From Planctomycetota bacterium (GTDB lineage Bacteria; Planctomycetota; UBA11346), in contig JBBRLJ010000030.1 in NCBI GenBank assembly GCA_038231435.1, positions 8,087-72,086 on the forward strand: a stretch of DNA of 64,000 bases, written 5' to 3'. A program made the translations under genes and the position numbers. Positions 18,547 to 27,544 of the stretch are shown here, piece after piece (within the stretch, counting starts at the first letter, position 1; every line of letters begins with the position of its first letter). Under the pieces are notes generated by a model. It was not told where the DNA came from, made no database searches, and saw only the letters and a program-made list of their open reading frames with translations.

Positions 18547-21276
18547 CTATTCCAATCCGGCCAACGTCTCCTTGAGATTCGCCAGCTCGACCTGCTCCTT
18601 CGCCAGCAGTCCCCTGGTATCGGCGACTTGTTCCGGCGGCGCTGCCCTGATGTAGTCCGCGTTCGCCAGGCGGCCCTGCTTGCCGGAGATGCTCTTCTCC
18701 TTGCCGGCGATCTGCTTGACCATGTTGGCCTTCAGCTTCTCGAGATCGATCACCCCCGACAACGCGACGTGCAGCTTCAGATCCCCGATGACCTCGGTGA
18801 CGCTGGTCGCCGGCTTCGCCAGGCCGGCGCCGATCTCGATGCCGAGCAGATTGCCGCGATCGATGAGGAAGTCGCGGTGCGACGACAGCCCCTGCGCGCG
18901 CGTGGCGTCCGGTGCCGCGACGACGACCGTGAGCTTGGTGCCGTCGGGCAGGTTCTGCTGGTTCCGGATGTTCCGCACGGCGGTGACGATGCGCTGCAGC
19001 TCGTCCATGCGCGGCGCGATCATGGCGTCGGCGAACCGCGATTCGGGTTCGGGAAACTCAGAGACCATCAGGAACGACGTCCACGCGGCGCCGCCGGCGG
19101 TGGTCTGCAGCTGCTGCCACAGGTATTCGGTAATGAACGGCATGCCGGGGTGAAGCAGGCGCAGGACCTTGTCGACGGCGTACCACAGGACCGTGCCGGC
19201 GGCGGTGGCCGCCGGGCCGCCGGCCTTGAACTGGCGTTTCGCCCATTCGACGTACCAGTCGCAGAGGTCGTCGCGGAAGAAGCGGTAGCCGGCGTTGGCG
19301 TAGTCGTTGAAGCGGAACGCCTCGAGCGCGGACGAGCAGTCGGCGATGGCGGTCTGCAGACGGTCGAGCAGCCAGCGTTCCTCGAAGCCCAGCTGCAGGG
19401 CAGCGACGTCGGATGCCGTCGGCGGTTTCGCGAGCGGGCGCTCGGAGAGGTTCATCAGCAGGAAGCGTCCGGCGTTCCACACCTTGTTGGCGAAATTTCG
19501 CCCGGTCTCGAACTTGGTCGGATTCAGCTTCAGGTCCTGACCTTCGGTGGTCATGTCCAGGAGCGTGTAGCGCAGCGCGTCGGCGCCGTAGCCAGAGCAT
19601 TGGTAATCCTTGCCCAGATAGCGCTGCGTGCCGCCCTCGATCATCACCAGCGGATCGATGCCGTTGCCGAGCGACTTCGACATCTTGACCCCGCGCTCGT
19701 CGAGCACGGTGCCGTGGATGTACACGTCCGAGAACGGCTTCTTGTCGAGCGCGAACAGGCTCGCCATGACCATGCGCGCGACCCAGAAGTAGATGATGCC
19801 GCGATCGGTGACCAGGGTCGAGGTCGGGAAGTAGCGCGCGAGCTCGGGCGTGGCCTCGGGCCAGCCGAGGGTGCTGAAGGGCCACAGCGCCGACGAGAAC
19901 CAGGTGTCGAGCACGTCTGGATCCTGCGCCAGGTCGCGCGCGCCGCAGTGCGCGCACGTCGATGGAGCGTCGATGCCGACGGTGATCTGCTTGCAGGTGC
20001 CGCAATACCAGGCGGGGATGCGGTGCCCCCACCAGATCTGGCGCGAGATGCACCAGTCACGGACGTTCTCGAGCCAGTTGCAGTAGACCTTCGTCCAGCG
20101 CTCGGGGTGGAAGGCGACGGCTCCGCTGATCGTCTCGGGCAGAGCGCGCGCCGCGAGGGGGCCCATCTTCACGAACCACTGCTCGGTCACCATCGGCTCG
20201 ATGGGCTCCTTCGAGCGCTCGCTGTGGCCCACTGCATGGGTGATGTCGGTGACGCCGAGCAGATCGCCCGATGCCTCGAGCTCCTTGAGCAGGGCCTTGC
20301 GGCAGGCGAAGCGGTCCATCCCGGCGAAGTGCTTGGCCTCGGCGGTCATGCGGCCATCGAAGCCGATGACCTGCAGCAGCCCGAGTTGGTGGCGCTTGCC
20401 GACCTCGTAGTCGTTCGGGTCGTGCGACGGAGTGATCTTCACCGCGCCGGTGCCCTTTTCGGGATCGGCGTGGTCGTCGGCGACGATGGGGATGTCGCGG
20501 CCGACGATCGGCAGGCGAACGCGCTTGCCGATCAGCGCGCGGTAGCGCTCGTCCTTCGCGTTCACCGCGACCGCGAGGTCGCCGAAGAAGGTCTCAGGCC
20601 GGGTGGTCTCGACCTGGATCTCGTCGACTCCGGCGATCGGGCCGCCGACCAGGCGGTAGCGCAGCTTCCACATGTGGCCCTGGACCTCCTGGACGATGAC
20701 CTCGTCGTCGGAGAGCGCGGTCTTCAGCACCGTCGACCAGTTCACCATGCGCGTGCCGCGGTAGATCAGGCCAGCGTCGTAGAGGTTTTTGAACTGCGTG
20801 CGCACCGCGCGCGACAGTCCCTCGTCCATGGTGAAGCGTTCACGGCTCCAGTCGCACGACGAGCCGAGCTTGCGCAGCTGGGTGGTGATGATGCCGCCGG
20901 ACTGCTCCTTCCACGCCCACACGCGTTCGATGAACCGGTCGCGGCCGAGCGCCTCGCGCGTGGTCGATTCCTCCTGCAGCTGCTTCGCGACCACGGCCTC
21001 GGTGGCGATGCCGGCGTGGTCGGTGCCGGGCTGCCACAGCGTGTCGAAACCCTGCATGCGCCGCCAGCGGATCAGCGTGTCCTGCAAGGCGTTGTTGAGC
21101 GCGTGGCCCATGTGCAGGACGCCGGTGACGTTCGGCGGCGGGATCGCGATCGCGTAGTGCGGCTTGCCCGGCCGCTTGCCGGCGCCCGCCTTGAAGCAAC
21201 CGCCCTCTTCCCAGCGCCGGTAGACGTCGGACTCGATGGCTTTGGCGTCGTAGGATTTCGGCAGTTCGAGGGCCAT
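18547..21276 (-). CDS. valS: Valine--tRNA ligase
   Basis: PPPNVTGVLHMGHA, TTRPET, GTGAVKITPSHD, DWCISRQIWWGHRIP, KMSKSLGN, C-terminal coiled coil. Confidence 0.98.
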   Translation of the reverse strand: MALELPKSYDAKAIESDVYRRWEEGGCFKAGAGKRPGKPHYAIAIPPPNVTGVLHMGHALNNALQDTLIRWRRMQGFDTLWQPGTDHAGIATEAVVAKQLQEESTTREALGRDRFIERVWAWKEQSGGIITTQLRKLGSSCDWSRERFTMDEGLSRAVRTQFKNLYDAGLIYRGTRMVNWSTVLKTALSDDEVIVQEVQGHMWKLRYRLVGGPIAGVDEIQVETTRPETFFGDLAVAVNAKDERYRALIGKRVRLPIVGRDIPIVADDHADPEKGTGAVKITPSHDPNDYEVGKRHQLGLLQVIGFDGRMTAEAKHFAGMDRFACRKALLKELEASGDLLGVTDITHAVGHSERSKEPIEPMVTEQWFVKMGPLAARALPETISGAVAFHPERWTKVYCNWLENVRDWCISRQIWWGHRIPAWYCGTCKQITVGIDAPSTCAHCGARDLAQDPDVLDTWFSSALWPFSTLGWPEATPELARYFPTSTLVTDRGIIYFWVARMVMASLFALDKKPFSDVYIHGTVLDERGVKMSKSLGNGIDPLVMIEGGTQRYLGKDYQCSGYGADALRYTLLDMTTEGQDLKLNPTKFETGRNFANKVWNAGRFLLMNLSERPLAKPPTASDVAALQLGFEERWLLDRLQTAIADCSSALEAFRFNDYANAGYRFFRDDLCDWYVEWAKRQFKAGGPAATAAGTVLWYAVDKVLRLLHPGMPFITEYLWQQLQTTAGGAAWTSFLMVSEFPEPESRFADAMIAPRMDELQRIVTAVRNIRNQQNLPDGTKLTVVVAAPDATRAQGLSSHRDFLIDRGNLLGIEIGAGLAKPATSVTEVIGDLKLHVALSGVIDLEKLKANMVKQIAGKEKSISGKQGRLANADYIRAAPPEQVADTRGLLAKEQVELANLKETLAGLE

Positions 21277-21367
21277 GGGATTCCAATTCGAGGAGGCGGG
21301 AAAATCGTACGGACAAATACGCGAGCAAAGAGCCGAATCGGAACATCTCCAGCCATCTCGGTTCCCC

Positions 21368-21420
21368 GCTTCCTGGGGGGCAGGCCGGAGGCCGATGTTG
21401 GGGGGCCGTAGTCCCCCAAC
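21368..21420 (+). repeat. Small GC-rich palindromic (REP-like) element
   Basis: GCTTCCTGGGGGGCAG ... CGATGTTGGGGGGCCGTAGTCCCCCAAC; inverted near-identical copy at 23530-23607. Confidence 0.75.
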
Positions 21421-21444
21421 AAAAAAACGGCCCGGAAAGGCCGC
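21421..21444 (-). terminator. Intrinsic terminator of the valS leader (attenuator 3:4 hairpin)
   Basis: Minus strand GCGGCCT-TTCC-GGGCCGT followed by TTTTTT. Confidence 0.8.
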
Positions 21445-21473
21445 CTCGCGCGTTGAGCGAAGACGCCTCCCGG

Positions 21474-21515
21474 TCAGGTGGTGACGACTACCGATACCGA
21501 GGTTGGCGCGCGCAT
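21474..21515 (-). CDS. Putative valS attenuator leader peptide MRAPTSVSVVVTT
   Basis: ATG CGC GCG CCA ACC TCG GTA TCG GTA GTC GTC ACC ACC TGA; 4 Val in 5 codons just upstream of the terminator and valS. Confidence 0.72.
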   Translation of the reverse strand: MRAPTSVSVVVTT

Positions 21516-21568
21516 GACCGGGACGCTATCGCCCTCGTGCGACGCGACAAGCCCGCGGGACCGCTCCC

Positions 21569-21970
21569 TCAATTGCCCCAGCCCTTCATCGGCCGCCCAT
21601 GGCTGTTGGCGTCGCGCTTGACCCAATCTGCTGGCGCCACGACCACGCGATCGCCGGCGCGCGGCGGCTTCTTGCCGACGTTCCATTCGTCATAGGGCAG
21701 CGTCATGGTCTCACCCTGGTGGGGGCCGCTCAAGACCTCGACCTCGATCAGATGGCTGACGTTCTCGTCGCGGTCGACGTCCATGCCCTCGGCGACCTGG
21801 TCCCAGACCTTGACGACGCGCATCTCGCGCGGCTCGGTGTCCTGGATGGCCTTGGCGCGCGGCGTCGGGGCCACGCGCGGGCTGTTGCAGCCGACGAGGC
21901 CGCCGGAAACGCATGCGGCGATGGCCACGAGCAGGAAGGCGTGGGAGATGAGGATCAGGATCCGCCGCAT
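21569..21970 (-). CDS. Hypothetical lipoprotein with small beta-rich domain
   Basis: MRRILILI..GGLVGC lipobox-like signal. Confidence 0.65.
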   Translation of the reverse strand: MRRILILISHAFLLVAIAACVSGGLVGCNSPRVAPTPRAKAIQDTEPREMRVVKVWDQVAEGMDVDRDENVSHLIEVEVLSGPHQGETMTLPYDEWNVGKKPPRAGDRVVVAPADWVKRDANSHGRPMKGWGN

Positions 21971-22088
21971 GTGTTCAGTCTTTTCTTGAGTTCGCCCGCT
22001 GCCAACCGATAAGTGCCCCCCGCCCTCGTCCCGAGGAGGGTACCCGACCCTCCGCCGACCCGCACGGTCCATCTGCATCAGGAAGTCC

Positions 22089-23513
22089 ATGTCCCACGAT
22101 CCGCTTTCCCAGTCCAGCTCCAAGGCCAATGCCGGTTCCCATGCAGGAAGCGCGATCGGCTCGGCCCATGGCGCTGGCGCCATGAACGGCGTCGCCCAAT
22201 CGCTCAACCCGATCGCCGAGCAGGCCAACGCCGCCTTGGCCAAGGACTGCCCCGTGGTGCTGTCGCTGCTGAGCCAGCTGGGCAGGCGCATGTACTTCCC
22301 GACCAAGGGCATCCTCGCCCAGGGAGCCGAGGCCAAGGCCAAGGCCAAGCGCTACAACGCCACCATCGGCATCGCCACCGAGGGCGGCGGCCCCATGCAC
22401 CTGGCGAGCGTGCACGAGTGCTTCGCACCGTCGATGAAGCCGGCTGACCTCTACAGCTACGCGCCGTCGGACGGCAAGCCCGAGCTGCGCAAGGCCTGGG
22501 CCGAGAAGCAGCGCGCCGAGACCCCGTCGCTCGCCGGCCACCCGACCAGCCTGCCGGTGGTCACCAACGCGCTGACCCATGGGCTGTCGTTGCTCGGCGA
22601 CCTGTTCCTCGACGCCGGCGACGAGGTGCTGGTCACCGACCTGATGTGGGAGAACTATCCGCTCTGCTGGGAGACCCGCCAGGGCGCGCGCATCGTCACC
22701 TTTCCACTCTTCGACAAGCGTCTTTCCGGATTCAATCAGGACGGTTTCATGCAGGCGCTCGCCGCGCGGCGCGGCAAGAAGCTGGTGGTGGTGCTGAACT
22801 TCCCGAACAACCCCTCGGGTTACAGCCCCACCCGCGGCGAGGCGGGCGCGATCGTCAACGCGCTGATCGCCGCGGCCGAGGCCGGCACGCGGCTGGTGGT
22901 GGCATGCGACGACGCATACTACGGCATGTTCTTCGACGAGCAGGTCGAGAAGGAGAGCCTGTTCGGCCGTCTCGCGCGCGCCCACGACAACCTGCTCGCG
23001 GTCAAGATCGATGGCGCCACCAAGGAGGAGTTCGTCTGGGGCCTGCGCGTCGGGTTCCTCACCTATGCGGTGAAGAACGGCACGCCCGCGGTCTACACCG
23101 CGCTTGAGCAGAAGACCGGCGGCCTGATCCGCGCCACCATCTCGAACGTCAGCCACGCCAGCCAATCGATCGTGCTGCGCGCCCTGACCCATCCGGATTT
23201 CCGCAAGCAGCAGGCCGAGAAGGTCGAGATCCTGCGCCGCCGCGCCGCGGTGTGCGCGATCGAGAGCCGCAAGCCCGAATACGCCGACTGCTGGGACGTC
23301 TATCCGTTCAACGCCGGCTACTTCATGTGCGTGCGCGTGAAGGGCGTGAAGGCCGACGCGGTGCGCCTGCGCCTGCTCGACGAGCACGGACTCGGGACCA
23401 TTGCGCTGGGCGAGACCGAGCTGCGCGTGGCGTTCTCGTGCCTCACCGAGGAGCAGATTCCGGACGTCTTCGCGCGCATCGCTCAGGGCGTGCGCTCGAC
23501 TCGCGGCTCTTAG
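22089..23513 (+). CDS. PLP-dependent aminotransferase class I/II
   Basis: NATIG, LNFPNNPSGY, CDDAY, KIDGATKEEFVWGLRVGF; start could be about 30 codons later. Confidence 0.9.
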   Translation: MSHDPLSQSSSKANAGSHAGSAIGSAHGAGAMNGVAQSLNPIAEQANAALAKDCPVVLSLLSQLGRRMYFPTKGILAQGAEAKAKAKRYNATIGIATEGGGPMHLASVHECFAPSMKPADLYSYAPSDGKPELRKAWAEKQRAETPSLAGHPTSLPVVTNALTHGLSLLGDLFLDAGDEVLVTDLMWENYPLCWETRQGARIVTFPLFDKRLSGFNQDGFMQALAARRGKKLVVVLNFPNNPSGYSPTRGEAGAIVNALIAAAEAGTRLVVACDDAYYGMFFDEQVEKESLFGRLARAHDNLLAVKIDGATKEEFVWGLRVGFLTYAVKNGTPAVYTALEQKTGGLIRATISNVSHASQSIVLRALTHPDFRKQQAEKVEILRRRAAVCAIESRKPEYADCWDVYPFNAGYFMCVRVKGVKADAVRLRLLDEHGLGTIALGETELRVAFSCLTEEQIPDVFARIAQGVRSTRGS

Positions 23514-23529
23514 TTGGGGGCTGCTTTCA

Positions 23530-23607
23530 GTTGGGGGGCTACGGCCCCCCAACATCGCGCTGCCCCTACCGACCGGGGCCTTACGCCGCCGCTGCCCCCC
23601 AGGAAGC
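23530..23607 (-). repeat. Small GC-rich palindromic (REP-like) element, inverted copy
   Basis: GTTGGGGGGCTACGGCCCCCCAACATCG ... CTGCCCCCCAGGAAGC is the reverse complement of the 21368-21420 ends. Confidence 0.75.
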
Positions 23608-23709
23608 CGGAAATCTGAAGGTTTGGCGGCTTGGTGCCGCGAAGAGCGAAGAACGCATGCGACCGCGGGCTTCGGTTGTCCCGCTCAGGGCGACGAGGTA
23701 GAGTCGGGC

Positions 23710-24348
23710 ATGGCCGAGGTGCAGGGTTCGCGCATCGGGCGGGTGGGGTCGCTGGTCGCGTCGGTGTTCGCGGTGGTGGTGGGATTCGCGGTGGTGTGGC
23801 GGTGGCCATCGGCGGAGGCGGCGCGACCGTCGTTGCCGGAATCGTGTCAGGCGGCGCTGCGGGACATCGCCACCACCAGGGTGGTGATGAAGATGGTCGC
23901 GCTCGGCGGTTACGAGGAGGAGGGGGTCATCCGCTGGACCTCGGCCAAGGACGAGGTGGTGTGCTCGAGTCGGGTCGATGTCGATTTCGGCGTACCCATC
24001 GCCCGGTTGAGCCCCGACCGCTTCGTGCGCGACGGCGCCAAGCTGCTCATCCGCCTGCCGACGCCGACCGTGCTCGAGCCGGGCTTCCGTGTTTCGGATT
24101 CCCGCATCCTGGATCAGCGTACAAACCGCTGGCTCAGCGAACCAAAATACGTCTCGGCGCTGCTCGCCGCCCAGCGCCAGGCGCTCGCCGACGCGCCGGG
24201 CCGGGTTAAGGCGCTCGGCGTCGATCTGGAAGTGCGCGATTGCACGCGACGGTTGCTCGAACACCTGGTGCCCGAGATCCTCGGCGAGCCTTCCCTGCGC
24301 GTCGAGGTTCGCTTCGACGACGAGCCGCCGCCGAAGGGCACCACGTGA
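23710..24348 (+). CDS. DUF4230-like membrane-anchored protein
   Basis: N-terminal TM; VDVDFGV..LLIRLPTPTVL pattern. Confidence 0.6.
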   Translation: MAEVQGSRIGRVGSLVASVFAVVVGFAVVWRWPSAEAARPSLPESCQAALRDIATTRVVMKMVALGGYEEEGVIRWTSAKDEVVCSSRVDVDFGVPIARLSPDRFVRDGAKLLIRLPTPTVLEPGFRVSDSRILDQRTNRWLSEPKYVSALLAAQRQALADAPGRVKALGVDLEVRDCTRRLLEHLVPEILGEPSLRVEVRFDDEPPPKGTT

Positions 24349-24350
24349 GC

Positions 24351-24914
24351 ATGCGCCATCTGGCGGTGATGCTGACGCTCGGACTCGCGGCGGGCCTCGG
24401 CGCGCGCGCCCTGGCTGCGCACCACCCGCCGCGTTCGACGGGCGCCACCCTGTCGGCGAGCCTGGAGCGCATCACCGGCTTGGCCGAACTCAGGCTGCTG
24501 CGCACCGAGCTGAGCTCGTTCCAGTGCGCAACTAGCCCGAGCGGGTTCGGCGGCGTGAAGGCGGTGGTGCCGGTGACCGTGGTGCTCGGCATCGATCTGA
24601 GGCTGGTCAAGGTGATCCCGGCGGGGGACGACGTGGTGGTGGTGGTGCCGATGGCGCGCGTGCTCGATCACAGCACCGATCATGGCCGTTGGCTCATTTG
24701 GGAGGAACTCGGCGGCAATCTGGAGGGGGCTGAACTCGAACGGTTGCTGACGGCCCAGGCGATCCATTCCGCGCAAGAGGATATCCAACGTCTCGGCCTG
24801 ATGGCCATCGCCCAGCGTGAAGCCGAGTCGGCGGTGAAGGAATTGGCGGTCGCGATCGGATTCGCCGGAGGCCACGTGCGCGTGGTGTCGAGATCCGCGG
24901 CTCCGACGTTGTAA
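24351..24914 (+). CDS. DUF4230-like protein, second paralog
   Basis: ITGLAEL..VVLGIDL..VVVVVPMARVL..AQREAE pattern; adjacent to the first copy. Confidence 0.6.
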   Translation: MRHLAVMLTLGLAAGLGARALAAHHPPRSTGATLSASLERITGLAELRLLRTELSSFQCATSPSGFGGVKAVVPVTVVLGIDLRLVKVIPAGDDVVVVVPMARVLDHSTDHGRWLIWEELGGNLEGAELERLLTAQAIHSAQEDIQRLGLMAIAQREAESAVKELAVAIGFAGGHVRVVSRSAAPTL

Positions 24915-24951
24915 GACGCTCATCAGGCGCCGATCGATCATCGGCTCGCCT

Positions 24952-25010
24952 TGCGAGAGTGATGCGAGAGAGTGATGCGAGAATGATGAAAAAGAGTCAT
25001 GCGGGAGTAC
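24952..25010. repeat. Degenerate 11-13-nt tandem repeat (TGCGAGAGTGA-like, about 5 units)
   Basis: TGCGAGAGTGA TGCGAGAGAGTGA TGCGAGAATGA TGAAAAAGAGTCA TGCGGGAGTA. Confidence 0.5.
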
Positions 25011-25026
25011 GGAGACATGTGACAAC

Positions 25027-25058
25027 AAAAGACCCGGCGCTGGTGAGCGCCGGGTCTT
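25027..25058 (-). terminator. Intrinsic terminator of the RNA-binding protein gene
   Basis: AAGACCCGGCGCT-GGTG-AGCGCCGGGTCTT 13-bp stem with T-run on the minus strand. Confidence 0.75.
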
Positions 25059-25080
25059 CATCGGTCGAGGTATTCGACGT

Positions 25081-25434
25081 TCAGCGATCGCGGCTGTAGC
25101 CGCCGCCGCCGCCGCCGCCTTCGCGACGACCCCCGCCGCCGCCGCCGCCGCCCATGCCACCCCCGCCGCCGCCGCCGCCGCCGCCGCCAGCCTGGCGTGG
25201 TTCGGCTTCGCGGACGCGCAGCGCGCGACCATCGCAATCGGCGCCGTTGAGCGCGTTGATCGCGGCCGTGCCTTCATTGGCATTGGTCATGGTGACGAAT
25301 CCGAAACCGCGGCTGCGGCCGGTATCGCGGTCCATGACGACCTTCGCGCGCTCGACCTTGCCGTGCGCACCGAAGAGCTGCGTGAGCCCTTCATCGTTGA
25401 TGGACCAGGGGAGATTGCCGACGTAGAGTTCCAC
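25081..25434 (-). CDS. RRM RNA-binding protein with Gly-rich tail
   Basis: LYVGNL (RNP2), RGFGFV (RNP1), poly-Gly C-terminus; GTG start after GAGGA. Confidence 0.92.
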   Translation of the reverse strand: MELYVGNLPWSINDEGLTQLFGAHGKVERAKVVMDRDTGRSRGFGFVTMTNANEGTAAINALNGADCDGRALRVREAEPRQAGGGGGGGGGGGMGGGGGGGGRREGGGGGGGYSRDR

Positions 25435-25638
25435 AGATATCCTCGGATAGGCGCGGCGCGCCACAGGTGAACGGGGTGCGATCGCTCCCCGATGAGACCT
25501 GCGCGCGCGGATGCGCACGCAGGACAGTCCGCGCGAAATTGCGCAGACGGTGACTCGGGAGTATGTCGGATCAGCGCCCATTCCAAGGGAAATGTAGCCA
25601 TCACTTGTGCTGCAGACGACGGAGACAGACGCGCCTGT

Positions 25639-27453
25639 TCAGGTCGCGAGCTGCTGCAGTCGCACCAGGCGCGCGTACTCGCCGTCGCTGCCGACCAGGC
25701 CCAGATGCGAGCCCTGTTCGAGAACCGTGCCCCTGCGGGGATCATCTTTTCCGGCAAGGACATAGATCAGGTCGGCGTGCTGGATGGTGGCCAGCCGGTG
25801 GGCCACCACGATCGTCGTGCGACCGCGCATCAGCTCCTGCAGCGCCTCCTGCACGTGACGTTCGCTATCCGCGTCTAGCGCGCTGGTCGGCTCATCGAGC
25901 AGCAGGATTGGCGCATCGCGCAGCAGCGCCCGGGCGATCGCGACGCGCTGGCGCTGGCCGCCAGAGAGCCGTCCACCGCGATCGCCGACCGGGGTCTCGT
26001 ACCCCAACCCGCCCTCGAGGCCGAGGATCGCGTCGTGCACGTGGGCGCGCCTGGCCGCTTCCTCGACCTGCTCACGGCTCGCGCCGGGGCGGCCGTAGGC
26101 GATGTTCGCGTAGACGGTGTCGTTGAAGAGGAAGCTGTCCTGCTGGACGATCGCGACGTTGTGCACCAGGCTTTCGACCTGGTAGTCGCGGATGTCCACG
26201 CCATCGATGGCGATGCGTCCGCCGGTGACGTCATGGAAGCGCGGGATGAGATCGAGCAGCGTCGATTTCCCAGAACCGGATTCGCCGACCAGCGCCACCG
26301 TCTTGCCGACCGGGATCTCGAGATCGAGGCCGCGCAGTACGTCGTCCGAGTCGGGGGCGTAGCGGAAGCGCACGCCTTCGATGGTGATGGCCTTGCGCGG
26401 CGGGGGGCAGGGAATCGCTCCGTTGCGATCGGTGATCCGGCTCGGCCGATCGAGCACCGCGTAGACGCGTTCGACCGCGGGCAGGCGCTCCTGCGCATCG
26501 CCCCAACCGCGCTGGACTTCGCGCATCACCGTGATCAGGCGGGCCAGCACGCCGAGGAACATGATCAGCTTCATCGGCTCGATGCCGCCGTAGCTGTACA
26601 GCACCGCCCCGGTGACGATGCCAGCGCCGACCAGGGCGAAGATCGCGCCCTGGGTCAATGCGTCGGATTGCGCGCGCGCGCGGGCGACGCGCATGTTGTC
26701 GTCGAACAGCGCGCGGTTGTTGCCGGCGTAATGCGCGATCTCGCGCTCCGAGCTGCCCATCGCCTTGATCACGCGGATGCCAGCGGTCACCTGCTCGAGG
26801 GCGCTGAAATTTCGCGCCAGCGTCTGCCGCGCCTTGTGCGAGCGGTCGCGGGTGCGGCGCAGCACCGGCGCGATCGCCGCCGTGGCGACCGCCAGCACTG
26901 CTAGCACCCCGAGTCCCATGCGCCAGTCGAAGAACAGCAGCGCCGCGACCCAGCCGAGGCCTTCGAGGGGCCGCTGCAGCAGGCGGCCGTACAGCACCTG
27001 CTGCAAGCCGAGCATGTTCTCGAGATCGGCGGTCAGGCGGGTCAGCAGATCGCCGCGGCTGAGCTCGCCGTGGAAGGCGAGGTCGAGCCGCGTCAGGTGC
27101 GCCACCATCTGATCGCGCAGGTCCATCATGCAGCGATTGGCGACCCACTGACCCGACCACCACGAGCAGTAGCCGCAGATCGCGGCGATCGGCGCCATCA
27201 GCAGCACCTTGGCGCCCAGCGCCTCGATGCTGCCGATCGAGCCGCCCTGCTTGATCAGTTCGGGGATCTTGGTCACGATCTGCCACAGCAGCGTGCCCAT
27301 CAACCCGCCCATCGCCGCGGTACTGGCGATGGTCAGGGCGATCATCCACTTGTAGCGCCACCCCTGGATGAGGATGCGGCGGATCACGGCCAGGTCCCTA
27401 GCTGCGGAAATCTCGGCCAAAAGGTCGCTCCAGGCCGTTCGGGCCAGAGGCAT
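25639..27453 (-). CDS. ABC exporter, fused permease/ATPase (MsbA-like)
   Basis: TM domain + GESGSGKS, LSGGQRQR, LLLDEPTSALD, AHRL. Confidence 0.92.
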   Translation of the reverse strand: MPLARTAWSDLLAEISAARDLAVIRRILIQGWRYKWMIALTIASTAAMGGLMGTLLWQIVTKIPELIKQGGSIGSIEALGAKVLLMAPIAAICGYCSWWSGQWVANRCMMDLRDQMVAHLTRLDLAFHGELSRGDLLTRLTADLENMLGLQQVLYGRLLQRPLEGLGWVAALLFFDWRMGLGVLAVLAVATAAIAPVLRRTRDRSHKARQTLARNFSALEQVTAGIRVIKAMGSSEREIAHYAGNNRALFDDNMRVARARAQSDALTQGAIFALVGAGIVTGAVLYSYGGIEPMKLIMFLGVLARLITVMREVQRGWGDAQERLPAVERVYAVLDRPSRITDRNGAIPCPPPRKAITIEGVRFRYAPDSDDVLRGLDLEIPVGKTVALVGESGSGKSTLLDLIPRFHDVTGGRIAIDGVDIRDYQVESLVHNVAIVQQDSFLFNDTVYANIAYGRPGASREQVEEAARRAHVHDAILGLEGGLGYETPVGDRGGRLSGGQRQRVAIARALLRDAPILLLDEPTSALDADSERHVQEALQELMRGRTTIVVAHRLATIQHADLIYVLAGKDDPRRGTVLEQGSHLGLVGSDGEYARLVRLQQLAT

Positions 27454-27544
27454 GGTAGTCCGGCAGCGCTGCGTTTCCATGAGGGACGCTTGCCCGGTGG
27501 GCCACGGCTCCACACTCCGATCCCTCTGTCGTGAAAGGATCTCG

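Noticed and set aside
18628..21411. Long antisense ORFs (927 aa here; also 9812-11548, 37409-39193, 43139-45502, 49675-51252)
   Set aside because: Shadow frames of real genes caused by high-GC codon bias; no protein motifs
21277..21570. T-box or 6S/SRP RNA upstream of valS
   Set aside because: No T-box TGGNACC antiterminator bulge and no SRP helix-8 motif; the pairings are better explained by a leader-peptide attenuator
25100..25190. GCC trinucleotide run as a contingency locus
   Set aside because: Encodes the ordinary poly-Gly tail of RRM proteins; length changes stay in frame
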